DNA from: Hymenobacteraceae bacterium
GTDB taxonomy: Bacteria > Bacteroidota > Bacteroidia > Cytophagales > Flexibacteraceae
Assembly (NCBI GenBank): GCA_947459175.1
Contig: CANHCT010000037.1
Span: 1-22,834, forward strand
Reading direction: 5' to 3'
Length of the DNA: 22,834 nt
In this document: positions 15,424 to 22,834 of the stretch, in pieces
Numbering within the stretch: position 1 is the first letter of the stretch
Layout: the number at the start of each line of letters is the position of its first letter
Translations under genes and position numbers: made by a program
Notes under the pieces: model-generated
What the model saw: the letters and a program-made list of their open reading frames with translations, nothing else
Told to the model about the DNA's origin: nothing
The model's database searches: none

Positions 15424-15531
15424 AAACGGGTTCCAGGAGCATTTTTCAAATTTTTTATTTTAAATTTCGCTGTAAACGGCAGAAATCGTCATCACGCAAA
15501 AGGTGGTGAAGGAGTTAAAGTTTTTTCATCC

Positions 15532-16371
15532 TCATTTCCTCATTTCAAGCAACCCCCTGATTTCGGTTTCGGCGCTGCTTAGCCTTCGGCCGCTCAGGCC
15601 GGCCCTGCCCAGCCATTTGGGTTCTGCGGCCAGATCCCGAACCAAGACCAAATCTTTTTCCAGCAAATATTTTTTCTCAGCAAAGGTCAGGCTGCTCAGG
15701 CAGGTCAGCGGATACAGGGCCAGTTGATCTATCCAGTCCCGGATGGAGTTTTTTGCCGGGTAGTCCCAGGAGAGTAAGCGGATGTTTTTGCAACGGGCAA
15801 ACGAAATGGCATCGTCCGAAAAGCGGGAGTTGGTGGCAATCCAGCCGGTAAAATTTTCCAAAGGCTTTTTCATAACTCCATGGTCCAGAAGGTCCTGAAA
15901 CCGCGAATGGATGTAGAGCGGCACCTTTACATCTACATGAATGCCCTGGTTTCTGAATTTACATTCTGCAAGTATCAATTCTTTTTCCCGGGTGCCCCAT
16001 ACATCTATTTCGTGGCTCACGCATTTGCCATCCAGCACCAGACCAACCTGTGTCTGGTAACCCATTTCCTGAAACAAAGCGGCAATAAACCTTTCGAAAG
16101 GATAGCCGCTCGGACCTAAATCCAGGATGGCCTTTTTCAGGCTGAAGCGGGCCAGACTACCGGGTGTTTGCTTTTTGAGCAGAGCCGCGGCCATCCGGTA
16201 GATTTCCCGTGTGCTGATGCCGGGATGAAGTTTTGGCCGCAGGGCCTCCACTACCTCCCGGATTTCTGCTTCCGTGGCGCCGCTTCGGGAAAGCGAATTT
16301 TTAAATTTTTGAAACGAAAAGGCCTCCCTTTGTCCGTTTTGCTTGATGATTTCCAATCTTTCTTCCGGCAC
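15532..16371 (-). CDS. ATP-cone domain fused to an Mrr-like PD-(D/E)xK restriction-endonuclease-fold domain
   Basis: The N-terminal 'LEIIKQNGQREAFSFQKFKNSLSRSGATEAEIREVVEALRPKL...REIYRMAAALLKK' is an ATP-cone (NrdR/RNR-type). The downstream 'YPFERFIAALFQEMGYQTQVG...SHEIDVWGTREKELILAECKFRN' carries the D...E-x-K core of the Mrr_cat family. GTG start at 16369-16371. Confidence 0.65.
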   Translation of the reverse strand: MPEERLEIIKQNGQREAFSFQKFKNSLSRSGATEAEIREVVEALRPKLHPGISTREIYRMAAALLKKQTPGSLARFSLKKAILDLGPSGYPFERFIAALFQEMGYQTQVGLVLDGKCVSHEIDVWGTREKELILAECKFRNQGIHVDVKVPLYIHSRFQDLLDHGVMKKPLENFTGWIATNSRFSDDAISFARCKNIRLLSWDYPAKNSIRDWIDQLALYPLTCLSSLTFAEKKYLLEKDLVLVRDLAAEPKWLGRAGLSGRRLSSAETEIRGLLEMRK

Positions 16372-16628
16372 TTTTTTTCGATTTATGCGGTATCAACTGC
16401 GATTCCAAAAAAGGAAAATTTTATCAAATTAAGGGCAATCGGGGCAGTAAATTCTGAAAAGAAATGCCCGGCAGCCTGTTTTCGGGCCGGTCGAAGGGGG
16501 TATTTTCCGGCCTTAGACTGAGCTAATTGTATTTCCTGTACTGACTTTGCCTGTTAAACTTCTTAATTTGCAGCCCTTTTTGGCAATAAAATCTCGTTTT
16601 CTTATTTGCCGGATACCTGGATTAAAGC

Positions 16629-19064
16629 ATGAAAATATCACATTCCTGGCTTCAAAAGTTAATCTATCTGCCCGAATCACCCGCCCGCATCTCTGAGGCC
16701 CTGACTGCCCTTGGACTGGAGGTGGAATCGCTCGAAGAAATTGAAAAAGTAAAGGGAAATCTGGAGGGTTTGGTAATAGGAGAGGTCCTCACCTGCGAAA
16801 AACATCCCGATGCAGATAAGCTTAGCCTTACCACCGTGGATGCCGGTCTGGAAAATCCGCTCCCGATTGTGTGCGGTGCGCCCAATGTGGCAGCCGGCCA
16901 AAAAGTAGTGGTGGCCCTGGTTGGTGCCACATTGTATCCGGCAGAAGGAGAGCCATTTGAAATAAAGAAAGCCAAAATAAGGGGTCAGGCTTCGGAGGGC
17001 ATGATTTGCGCTGAGGACGAAATCGGCCTGGGCAAAAGCCATGCCGGCATCATGGTGCTCGATACCGACCTTCCCAATGGCACACCGGCTGCCCGCTATT
17101 TTAATCTGGAAGCTACGCCCGTCTACGAAATTGGCCTCACACCCAACCGGGTGGATGCAGCCAGCCACCTTGGGGTAGCCCGGGACCTGAAAGCCTTTTT
17201 CAACCGGCCGGTTATTTTTCCCGAAATCCTTCCGCTTACAGAGGGCAAAAGCGGTTCCCCCATTTCGGTAGAAATTCAGGAAGAAGCGCTTTGTCCCAGA
17301 TATGCAGGGCTTTACATCCAAAATGTGAAGATTGCCCCTTCGCCCGACTGGATGCAGGAGGCCCTGAAGTCCATTGGTCTGAATCCGGTGAACAACCTGG
17401 TAGACATTACCAACTATGTGCTGCACGAACTGGGCCATCCGCTTCATGCCTTTGATGCGGCTAAGCTCGCCGGCGCAAAAATCGTGGTGCGAAGGGCGTC
17501 TGCCGGAGAAAAGCTGGTCACCCTCGACAAAGCAGAACGCATTCTGCACGAAGAAGACCTCGTGATTGCCGATGCCGAAAAACCCCTGGCCCTGGCCGGA
17601 GTTTTGGGAGGCCTGGATTCGGGAGTATCCGAAAATACAGGGGAAATCTTTTTAGAAAGCGCTTATTTTCATCCGGTTACGGTGAGAAAAACATCTCAGC
17701 GCCATGGAATCAAAACCGATTCCAGCTTTCGGTTCGAGCGGGGTGCCGATCCCGAAATGGCCCTAAAAGCCTTGGCAAGAGCAGCCAAACTGATTGCCGA
17801 ACTGGCCGGAGGAACCATTGCATTTCTTCCTGCCGATGTGTATCCCAAGCCGGTATCCGAAAAGAAATTTATTGTGAAGTGGCGCAACCTCAACCGCCTC
17901 ATCGGGGAAGAACTTCCCGGGGAGCGGGTGTACCAGATACTGAATTTGCTGGACATCCAAACCCGCCCTGTGGAGGAATACGGGCATGCCGGTTTTGAAG
18001 AAGAATTTGAAGTATCTGTACCCGCCTATCGGGTAGATGTGGACCGCGAAGCCGATATTGCCGAAGAGGTACTCCGTGTTTACGGCCTTGATAACATCAA
18101 AATAAAAGAGCATCTCCATTCAGATTTCATTTCCTCCCGTGGCAGTGCTGCAGGCGAAAAACTTTGGGTAAGGACAGCCCAGCTGCTCGCCGACAATGGC
18201 TTCTGTGAGGTGGTCACCAATTCGCTTACCGACCGTACCCTGACGGCAGATATTGCTGAAATTCAAGATGCTGACTATGTAGCATTGCTCAATCCGCTCA
18301 GCGAAGAACTGGGCGTAATGCGTCAGACCCTCTTGTTTTCGGGTTTGGAAGTGCTGGCCTACAACATCAACCGAAAGCAGCAAAACCTGCAGCTTTTCGA
18401 ACTGGGAAAGGTGTACCGGAAAGCAGGAGAAAAGACGAAAGAAAATTACCATTTGGGCCTGTTTATCAGCGGGAAAACGAAGGAGTCTTCCTGGGAGAGT
18501 CCCGACCAGGACAGCGATTTTTTCCATCTGAAAAAAACAATCCTTAACCTTCTCCGGCGGATGGGTGTTCAGCAGGTGCAGTTTCGAAACGAAACCACTT
18601 CGGCCTACACATTCGGGCAAACCCTGCTCCTGAATAATCAAAATGTGGGCGAATTTGGACTCGTGAAAGCCGATTTGGCCAGGAAAAAAGAAGTAAAAGC
18701 CAAGGTTTGGGCCGGCGAACTGAACTGGTCAGCCTTGCTGAAGGCAGTGAAAAAAGACATTCAAGTGAAAGAAATTGTGAAGTTTCCCGAGGTTCGGCGG
18801 GATCTTTCGGCCGTCATCGACGGGCAGATTGCTTTTGAACAGATAGAAAAACTGGTGAGGGGAACCGCAAAAAATCTGCTTCGCCACATTTCGGTATTTG
18901 ATGTATACATGGGCGACAAAATAGAAGCTGGCAAAAAAGCCTATGCCATGAACATTGTGTTGCAAGATGAAAATCAGACCCTTACCGATCAGCAAATCGA
19001 CAAAACCATGGAAAGCATCATCCGGCGACTGGAAAATGAACTCGGCGCCACCATCCGACGGTAA
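16629..19064 (+). CDS. pheT: phenylalanine--tRNA ligase beta subunit
   Basis: 811 aa. The N-terminal tRNA-binding domain 'GLVIGEVLTCEKHPDADKLSLTTVD', the B3/B4 domains, the catalytic-like and FDX-ACB C-terminal domains all match PheT. Confidence 0.95.
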   Translation: MKISHSWLQKLIYLPESPARISEALTALGLEVESLEEIEKVKGNLEGLVIGEVLTCEKHPDADKLSLTTVDAGLENPLPIVCGAPNVAAGQKVVVALVGATLYPAEGEPFEIKKAKIRGQASEGMICAEDEIGLGKSHAGIMVLDTDLPNGTPAARYFNLEATPVYEIGLTPNRVDAASHLGVARDLKAFFNRPVIFPEILPLTEGKSGSPISVEIQEEALCPRYAGLYIQNVKIAPSPDWMQEALKSIGLNPVNNLVDITNYVLHELGHPLHAFDAAKLAGAKIVVRRASAGEKLVTLDKAERILHEEDLVIADAEKPLALAGVLGGLDSGVSENTGEIFLESAYFHPVTVRKTSQRHGIKTDSSFRFERGADPEMALKALARAAKLIAELAGGTIAFLPADVYPKPVSEKKFIVKWRNLNRLIGEELPGERVYQILNLLDIQTRPVEEYGHAGFEEEFEVSVPAYRVDVDREADIAEEVLRVYGLDNIKIKEHLHSDFISSRGSAAGEKLWVRTAQLLADNGFCEVVTNSLTDRTLTADIAEIQDADYVALLNPLSEELGVMRQTLLFSGLEVLAYNINRKQQNLQLFELGKVYRKAGEKTKENYHLGLFISGKTKESSWESPDQDSDFFHLKKTILNLLRRMGVQQVQFRNETTSAYTFGQTLLLNNQNVGEFGLVKADLARKKEVKAKVWAGELNWSALLKAVKKDIQVKEIVKFPEVRRDLSAVIDGQIAFEQIEKLVRGTAKNLLRHISVFDVYMGDKIEAGKKAYAMNIVLQDENQTLTDQQIDKTMESIIRRLENELGATIRR

Positions 19065-19070
19065 GCAAAT

Positions 19071-20888
19071 ATGAAAACATTCCGGCGGATACTCGGCTAC
19101 GCCAGGCCCTTCAGCAGATTTTTGCCTGAATATATGCTTTGGGCATTGCTTGCTGTAGTGTTCGGGGTATTTAACTTTTCCCTGCTCATCCCTTTGCTGA
19201 ATGTCCTTTTCGGCAATGTGGAGGTTCCCCAAAATCTCGAAAAGCCGGCCTTTCAGCTCAATGTTCAGTATGTGGTGGGCCTGTTCAACTACCATATGTA
19301 CGGCCTGATTAAAAACCGGGGTATGGAGTTTGCGCTTTATTTCATCTGCGCCATCATCTTTTGCTTTATCCTGCTGGCCAATACCTTCAAATACATGGCG
19401 CAGCGGGTGAACACCCGAATGCGGGTTACCCTGCTGAAAAATCTGCGGAGCCACATTTTTAGAAAATACTCTGAGCTGCCGGTTGCCTATCTCAACAACC
19501 AACGGAAAGGAAACCTCATCAACCTGATTGGCAACGACCTGCAGGAAATTGAATTTTTCATTCTTCAGTCGCTGGAAAGCCTGTTTCGTGACCCCTTGCT
19601 CATCATCGGTTTTTTCATTTTTCTTTTTTCCATTTCCAAGACGCTTACCCTTTTTACCCTGATATATCTTCCCCTTTCTGGCTTGATAATCAATGCAATA
19701 AGCCGGAGACTGAAAAGCGGTGACGGGCTGAAACTGCTGGGCAGCATCACCTCCCTGACCGAAGAAACGCTCTCGGGATTGCGGGTAGTCAAAATTTTTA
19801 ATGCCGAAAAGTTTGTTCAAAACAAGTTTGAAGCCTTGAACACAGAGTTCCGCAATTACCTCAAAAACTGGCTCAACAAGAGGGAAATGGCTTCACCGGC
19901 TTCCGAAATCCTGGGGGTTTTGTCGGCCATCGGAATCATTTTGTACGGCGGTCATCTGGTGCTTTCCGGCGATACCGGCCTCAATGCTTCCCAGTTTATC
20001 ACCTACATCATTATTTTTTCCCAAATTCTGAGCCCGGCCAAAACCATGGCCAATTCCATTTCCTACCTTCAGCGGGGCCTGGCTGCAGGCAACCGCATTT
20101 TCGAAATTCTGGACACCGAAATCATCATAGAAGAAAAGCAAAATCCTGTAAGGATTGAAAAATTGCAGGAGGAGATTCGCTTCGACAAGGTTTCCTTTTC
20201 ATATGGTGACCGCAGGGTGCTGAATGAACTCAGTTTTTCTGTGCAGCGTGGCCGGACACTGGCTTTGGTGGGTCCCTCGGGCGGAGGAAAATCTACCCTG
20301 CTGGATCTGCTGGTTCGCTTTTACGATGCGGAATCGGGTTGCATATCGATAGATGGATTCGATATCAAAGATTTAAAAATCAGCGATTTGCGCCATCTTT
20401 TCGGCATGGTGGGGCAGGATACCATATTGTTTAACGATTCCATTTTCCAAAATATTGCCTTCGGCAAGGAAAACGCCACACAGGAAATGGTAGAAAGGGC
20501 GGCCCGGATAGCCAATGCCCATGAATTCATAATCAAAACCGAGGAAGCCTATCAGACCCGCATCGGCGACAGGGGTATGAAACTTTCGGGCGGTCAGCGG
20601 CAGCGTCTTGCCATTGCAAGGGCTGTTTTTCGTGATCCGCAAATTCTTTTGCTTGACGAGGCCACCTCCGCTCTCGACACCGAATCTGAAAAACTGGTGC
20701 AGGAGGCCATTTCCAATCTGATGGTGGGCCGTACTTCTATTGTCATTGCCCATCGCCTCAGCACCATTCAGAATGCCGACAAAATTCTGGTTTTGGACAA
20801 AGGAGAAATTGTAGAAAGCGGAACCCATGAAAGCCTTCTGGCCCGGGGAGGCATGTACAAAAGATTGGTTGATCATCAGTCACTTTAG
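19071..20888 (+). CDS. ABC transporter ATP-binding protein/permease (MsbA-like exporter)
   Basis: Six N-terminal TM segments. Walker A 'GPSGGGKST', signature 'LSGGQRQRLAIARA', Walker B 'ILLLDEATSALD', H-loop 'IAHRL'. Starts 7 nt after pheT. Confidence 0.9.
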   Translation: MKTFRRILGYARPFSRFLPEYMLWALLAVVFGVFNFSLLIPLLNVLFGNVEVPQNLEKPAFQLNVQYVVGLFNYHMYGLIKNRGMEFALYFICAIIFCFILLANTFKYMAQRVNTRMRVTLLKNLRSHIFRKYSELPVAYLNNQRKGNLINLIGNDLQEIEFFILQSLESLFRDPLLIIGFFIFLFSISKTLTLFTLIYLPLSGLIINAISRRLKSGDGLKLLGSITSLTEETLSGLRVVKIFNAEKFVQNKFEALNTEFRNYLKNWLNKREMASPASEILGVLSAIGIILYGGHLVLSGDTGLNASQFITYIIIFSQILSPAKTMANSISYLQRGLAAGNRIFEILDTEIIIEEKQNPVRIEKLQEEIRFDKVSFSYGDRRVLNELSFSVQRGRTLALVGPSGGGKSTLLDLLVRFYDAESGCISIDGFDIKDLKISDLRHLFGMVGQDTILFNDSIFQNIAFGKENATQEMVERAARIANAHEFIIKTEEAYQTRIGDRGMKLSGGQRQRLAIARAVFRDPQILLLDEATSALDTESEKLVQEAISNLMVGRTSIVIAHRLSTIQNADKILVLDKGEIVESGTHESLLARGGMYKRLVDHQSL

Positions 20889-20968
20889 AGGCCTTAGTAT
20901 ATCCGACCGGCTGAATTTTTTGGTTTTGGAAATTATCCTGGAAATATTGCGGTTTAGAAAATCATGAT

Positions 20969-21430
20969 ATGACATTGCTGCATTTTCCGAATTTGCCCCG
21001 AATAGCCCTTACGGGTATTTTCGTGGTTGTTTTTTGGGCTTGCGGTGAACAAAAAAAACCGGAAGGCACAGAATCAATTCCCCAAACCGGAAAAATGGTC
21101 TTTCGCGAAATACCCGTCTGGATGGGGTCTTATCAGGATACCCTGCCCTGCACCGATTGCCCCGGTATCCTCACCCGAATCGATTTCAAATCTGATTCCA
21201 CCTACAAAAAATCTATTGTTTACCTGGGCAAGGAACCGATATTTGATTACACCTTCAGTACTCGTGGACGCTGGTTTGTCCGGGCCGGCGAAAGAATCCT
21301 GTTTCTGGATTCCCTGCAGGAAAAAAAGGTGCAGGCCTTTGAGATTGTGGGAGATACCCTTTTGAAAATGTGCGACAGCGGCCTTCGCCCCTACACATCC
21401 CCCCGATACTGGCTGCCCAAAGTGATGTAA
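20969..21430 (+). CDS. Lipoprotein with an NlpE N-terminal-like domain (copper/envelope-stress sensor-like)
   Basis: Signal/lipobox 'IALTGIFVVVFWACG'. 'YQDTLPCTDCPGILTRIDFKSDSTYK' matches the CxxC-containing NlpE N-domain motif (DTLPCADCxGI). Confidence 0.5.
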   Translation: MTLLHFPNLPRIALTGIFVVVFWACGEQKKPEGTESIPQTGKMVFREIPVWMGSYQDTLPCTDCPGILTRIDFKSDSTYKKSIVYLGKEPIFDYTFSTRGRWFVRAGERILFLDSLQEKKVQAFEIVGDTLLKMCDSGLRPYTSPRYWLPKVM

Positions 21431-21463
21431 TTGCCGGGCCGGCGTTCAGTTTTGTCCGGGCGT

Positions 21464-22057
21464 CTACAATCCATCCAAAGACACCACTTTTCCCTCGATA
21501 AAGCGATAGCGGTCAAGGGCTTCAGGACAAACAGCCTTTCCTTCTTCGTCAAAATGCAGCCTTTTTCCGGCTTTGCTCATCCAGCCAATCTGCCGGCCCG
21601 GGTTGCCTACCACCAATCCGAAGTCCGGAACTGACCTGTTTACCATCGCCCCCGCTCCGATAAAGGCATATTTCCCGATTTCGATACCGCACACAATGGT
21701 GGCATTGGCTCCGATTGTCGCTCCTTTTTTTACCAGCGTTTTACGGAATTCATTTTTTCGCACCACAGCACTTCGGGGATTGTACACATTGGTAAATACC
21801 ATGCTTGGACCCAGAAAAACATCGTCTTCGCAGGTAACACCTGTGTAGATGGAAACATTGTTTTGCACTTTCACCCTGTTGCCCAGCTGCACCTCGGGTG
21901 AGACCACCACATTTTGTCCCAGATTACAGTTTTCGCCCAGTTTGGATGGCCCCATCAGGTGGCAGAAATGCCATATTTTACTGCCCTTGCCAATTTCCAC
22001 TCCTTCATCTACATAAGAAGATTCATGCACAAAGTAAGGCTTGTCCTGTGTATTCAT
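21464..22057 (-). CDS. Left-handed beta-helix sugar N-acetyltransferase (WbpD/WlbB-like)
   Basis: Hexapeptide repeats. 'KIWHFCHL', 'GPSMVFTNVYNPRS', 'GATIGANATIVCGIEIGKYAFIGAGAMVN', 'VVGNPGRQIGWMS' closely parallel WbpD. 197 aa. Confidence 0.8.
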   Translation of the reverse strand: MNTQDKPYFVHESSYVDEGVEIGKGSKIWHFCHLMGPSKLGENCNLGQNVVVSPEVQLGNRVKVQNNVSIYTGVTCEDDVFLGPSMVFTNVYNPRSAVVRKNEFRKTLVKKGATIGANATIVCGIEIGKYAFIGAGAMVNRSVPDFGLVVGNPGRQIGWMSKAGKRLHFDEEGKAVCPEALDRYRFIEGKVVSLDGL

Positions 22058-22086
22058 ATTTTGTTGAATTTCGGTAATTAAAGAAT

Positions 22087-22834
22087 TTAACGGTCGAACC
22101 AGCTTCTGCGCCGGCTCAGTTTAAGATCTTGAAGCACAGAGGCTTTTACATTGATATCGATGGAATAGGATCCCCGCGTTCCGGTCGGAACCCAATTGAA
22201 CCGCATTTCCCAGCAGTGCAGGTCGCGGTAAATGTTGATGTTGGGATAGACCAGTGTTTTGTTGATGAAATCGTATCCGGAGTTGAACCCTACTTTCCAT
22301 TTCGGAGTCAGATTCAGGTCGCCGCTAAAGGTCATGGATTGCACCAAAGCCGCCTTTTCAAATCCCGTTCGGCTGTAGGTAAAATTGTAGGCAATGCTCA
22401 GATTCCATGGAATATTGAAATCGACATACAGGTCGGGGTTGTTGTTGATAAATTCCAGTTCCCGCTCGGTTTGCGGGTTGACGGCTTTGCGGGGAAGCAC
22501 TTTTTTGTCTCTGGCTCTCGGGTTCAGACTGGTGCTGAGGGCAATGTTGAAAGACGAAATCTGACCAATTCCCCTGCCGGCATTCCAGGCGTAGGTTGGT
22601 GTTTTGCGCTGTGCCACAAGGGTTTTGCCATTGGCATCCGGCACAGGTGCCCGGTAGGCATAAGGGTCCAGGGTTCCGCTCATGTTGATGTTGAGTTTTT
22701 CGAAAAGGGTAGTCCGGGCCGAAATGGAAACCGGGGCCAGCTGAAACGAATCTGCTGCCAGATTGTAGGAGGAAGAAAGGTTCACATTGTCCAGCAGATT
22801 GATTTTTTTGAAGGGCTCTTTGCCGGTGGTATCC
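22087..22834 (-). CDS. C-terminal part of a large outer-membrane beta-barrel-like protein (possibly LptD/OstA-like). It is partial: the frame is open to the window edge
   Basis: Alternating hydrophobic/polar beta-strand pattern with many aromatic residues ('YSIDINVKASVLQDL', 'WNLSIAYNFTYS'). Stop at 22087-22089. The ORF-track 'M' at 22785 is an internal GTG and the reading frame continues beyond 22834. It lies directly upstream of the WbpD-like gene. Confidence 0.35.
   Translation of the reverse strand, partial: DTTGKEPFKKINLLDNVNLSSSYNLAADSFQLAPVSISARTTLFEKLNINMSGTLDPYAYRAPVPDANGKTLVAQRKTPTYAWNAGRGIGQISSFNIALSTSLNPRARDKKVLPRKAVNPQTERELEFINNNPDLYVDFNIPWNLSIAYNFTYSRTGFEKAALVQSMTFSGDLNLTPKWKVGFNSGYDFINKTLVYPNINIYRDLHCWEMRFNWVPTGTRGSYSIDINVKASVLQDLKLSRRRSWFDR

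Noticed and set aside
1-22834. Mobile elements, CRISPR arrays, toxin-antitoxin pairs and restriction-modification systems.
   Set aside because: No transposase or integrase ORFs were found on either strand. There are no regularly spaced direct repeats, no methyltransferase, and no small adjacent ORF pairs typical of toxin-antitoxin systems.

Overview
This 22.8 kb window is a mostly housekeeping chromosomal segment from a member of Bacteroidetes. Two consecutive secreted proteins end in the typical T9SS (Por) C-terminal sorting domain, and GC content is about 48%. Nineteen protein-coding genes can be assigned with varying confidence:
- an AI-2E family transporter;
- peptide deformylase (def);
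- a small GreA/Rnk-like factor;
- tRNA 2-selenouridine synthase (mnmH/selU);
- an Lrp/AsnC regulator;
- a long flotillin-like SPFH protein;
- a GH13 alpha-amylase with CBM48-like and T9SS domains;
- an SBBP beta-propeller T9SS cargo protein;
- a small lipoprotein;
- a SirB1-like transglutaminase-fold protein;
- an orphan CheY-like receiver;
- miaA;
- a membrane coiled-coil protein;
- pfkA;
- an LTXXQ (Spy/CpxP-like) periplasmic protein;
- an ATP-cone::PD-(D/E)xK nuclease fusion;
- pheT;
- an MsbA-like ABC exporter;
- an NlpE-N-domain lipoprotein.

At the right edge sit a WbpD-like hexapeptide N-acetyltransferase and the C-terminal part of a large outer-membrane protein, which brings the count to twenty-one. 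I found no transposase, integrase, CRISPR array or rRNA, and no canonical tRNA gene.

The points most worth a second look are:
- a nucleotide-sensing ATP-cone fused to an Mrr-like nuclease core;
- an unannotated + strand transcript candidate (3962..4248) that holds a perfect tRNA-type T-arm and ends in a very strong intrinsic terminator;
- three copies of a palindromic TTGAAAATTTTCAA operator-like motif upstream of the Lrp gene;
- a flotillin homologue with a four-fold internal repeat;
- a T9SS GH13 plus beta-propeller pair outside any Sus-type PUL;
- an orphan mnmH whose Walker A motif is degenerate.

I do not see a complete multi-gene novel system. The candidates are single genes or small RNA/regulatory elements.
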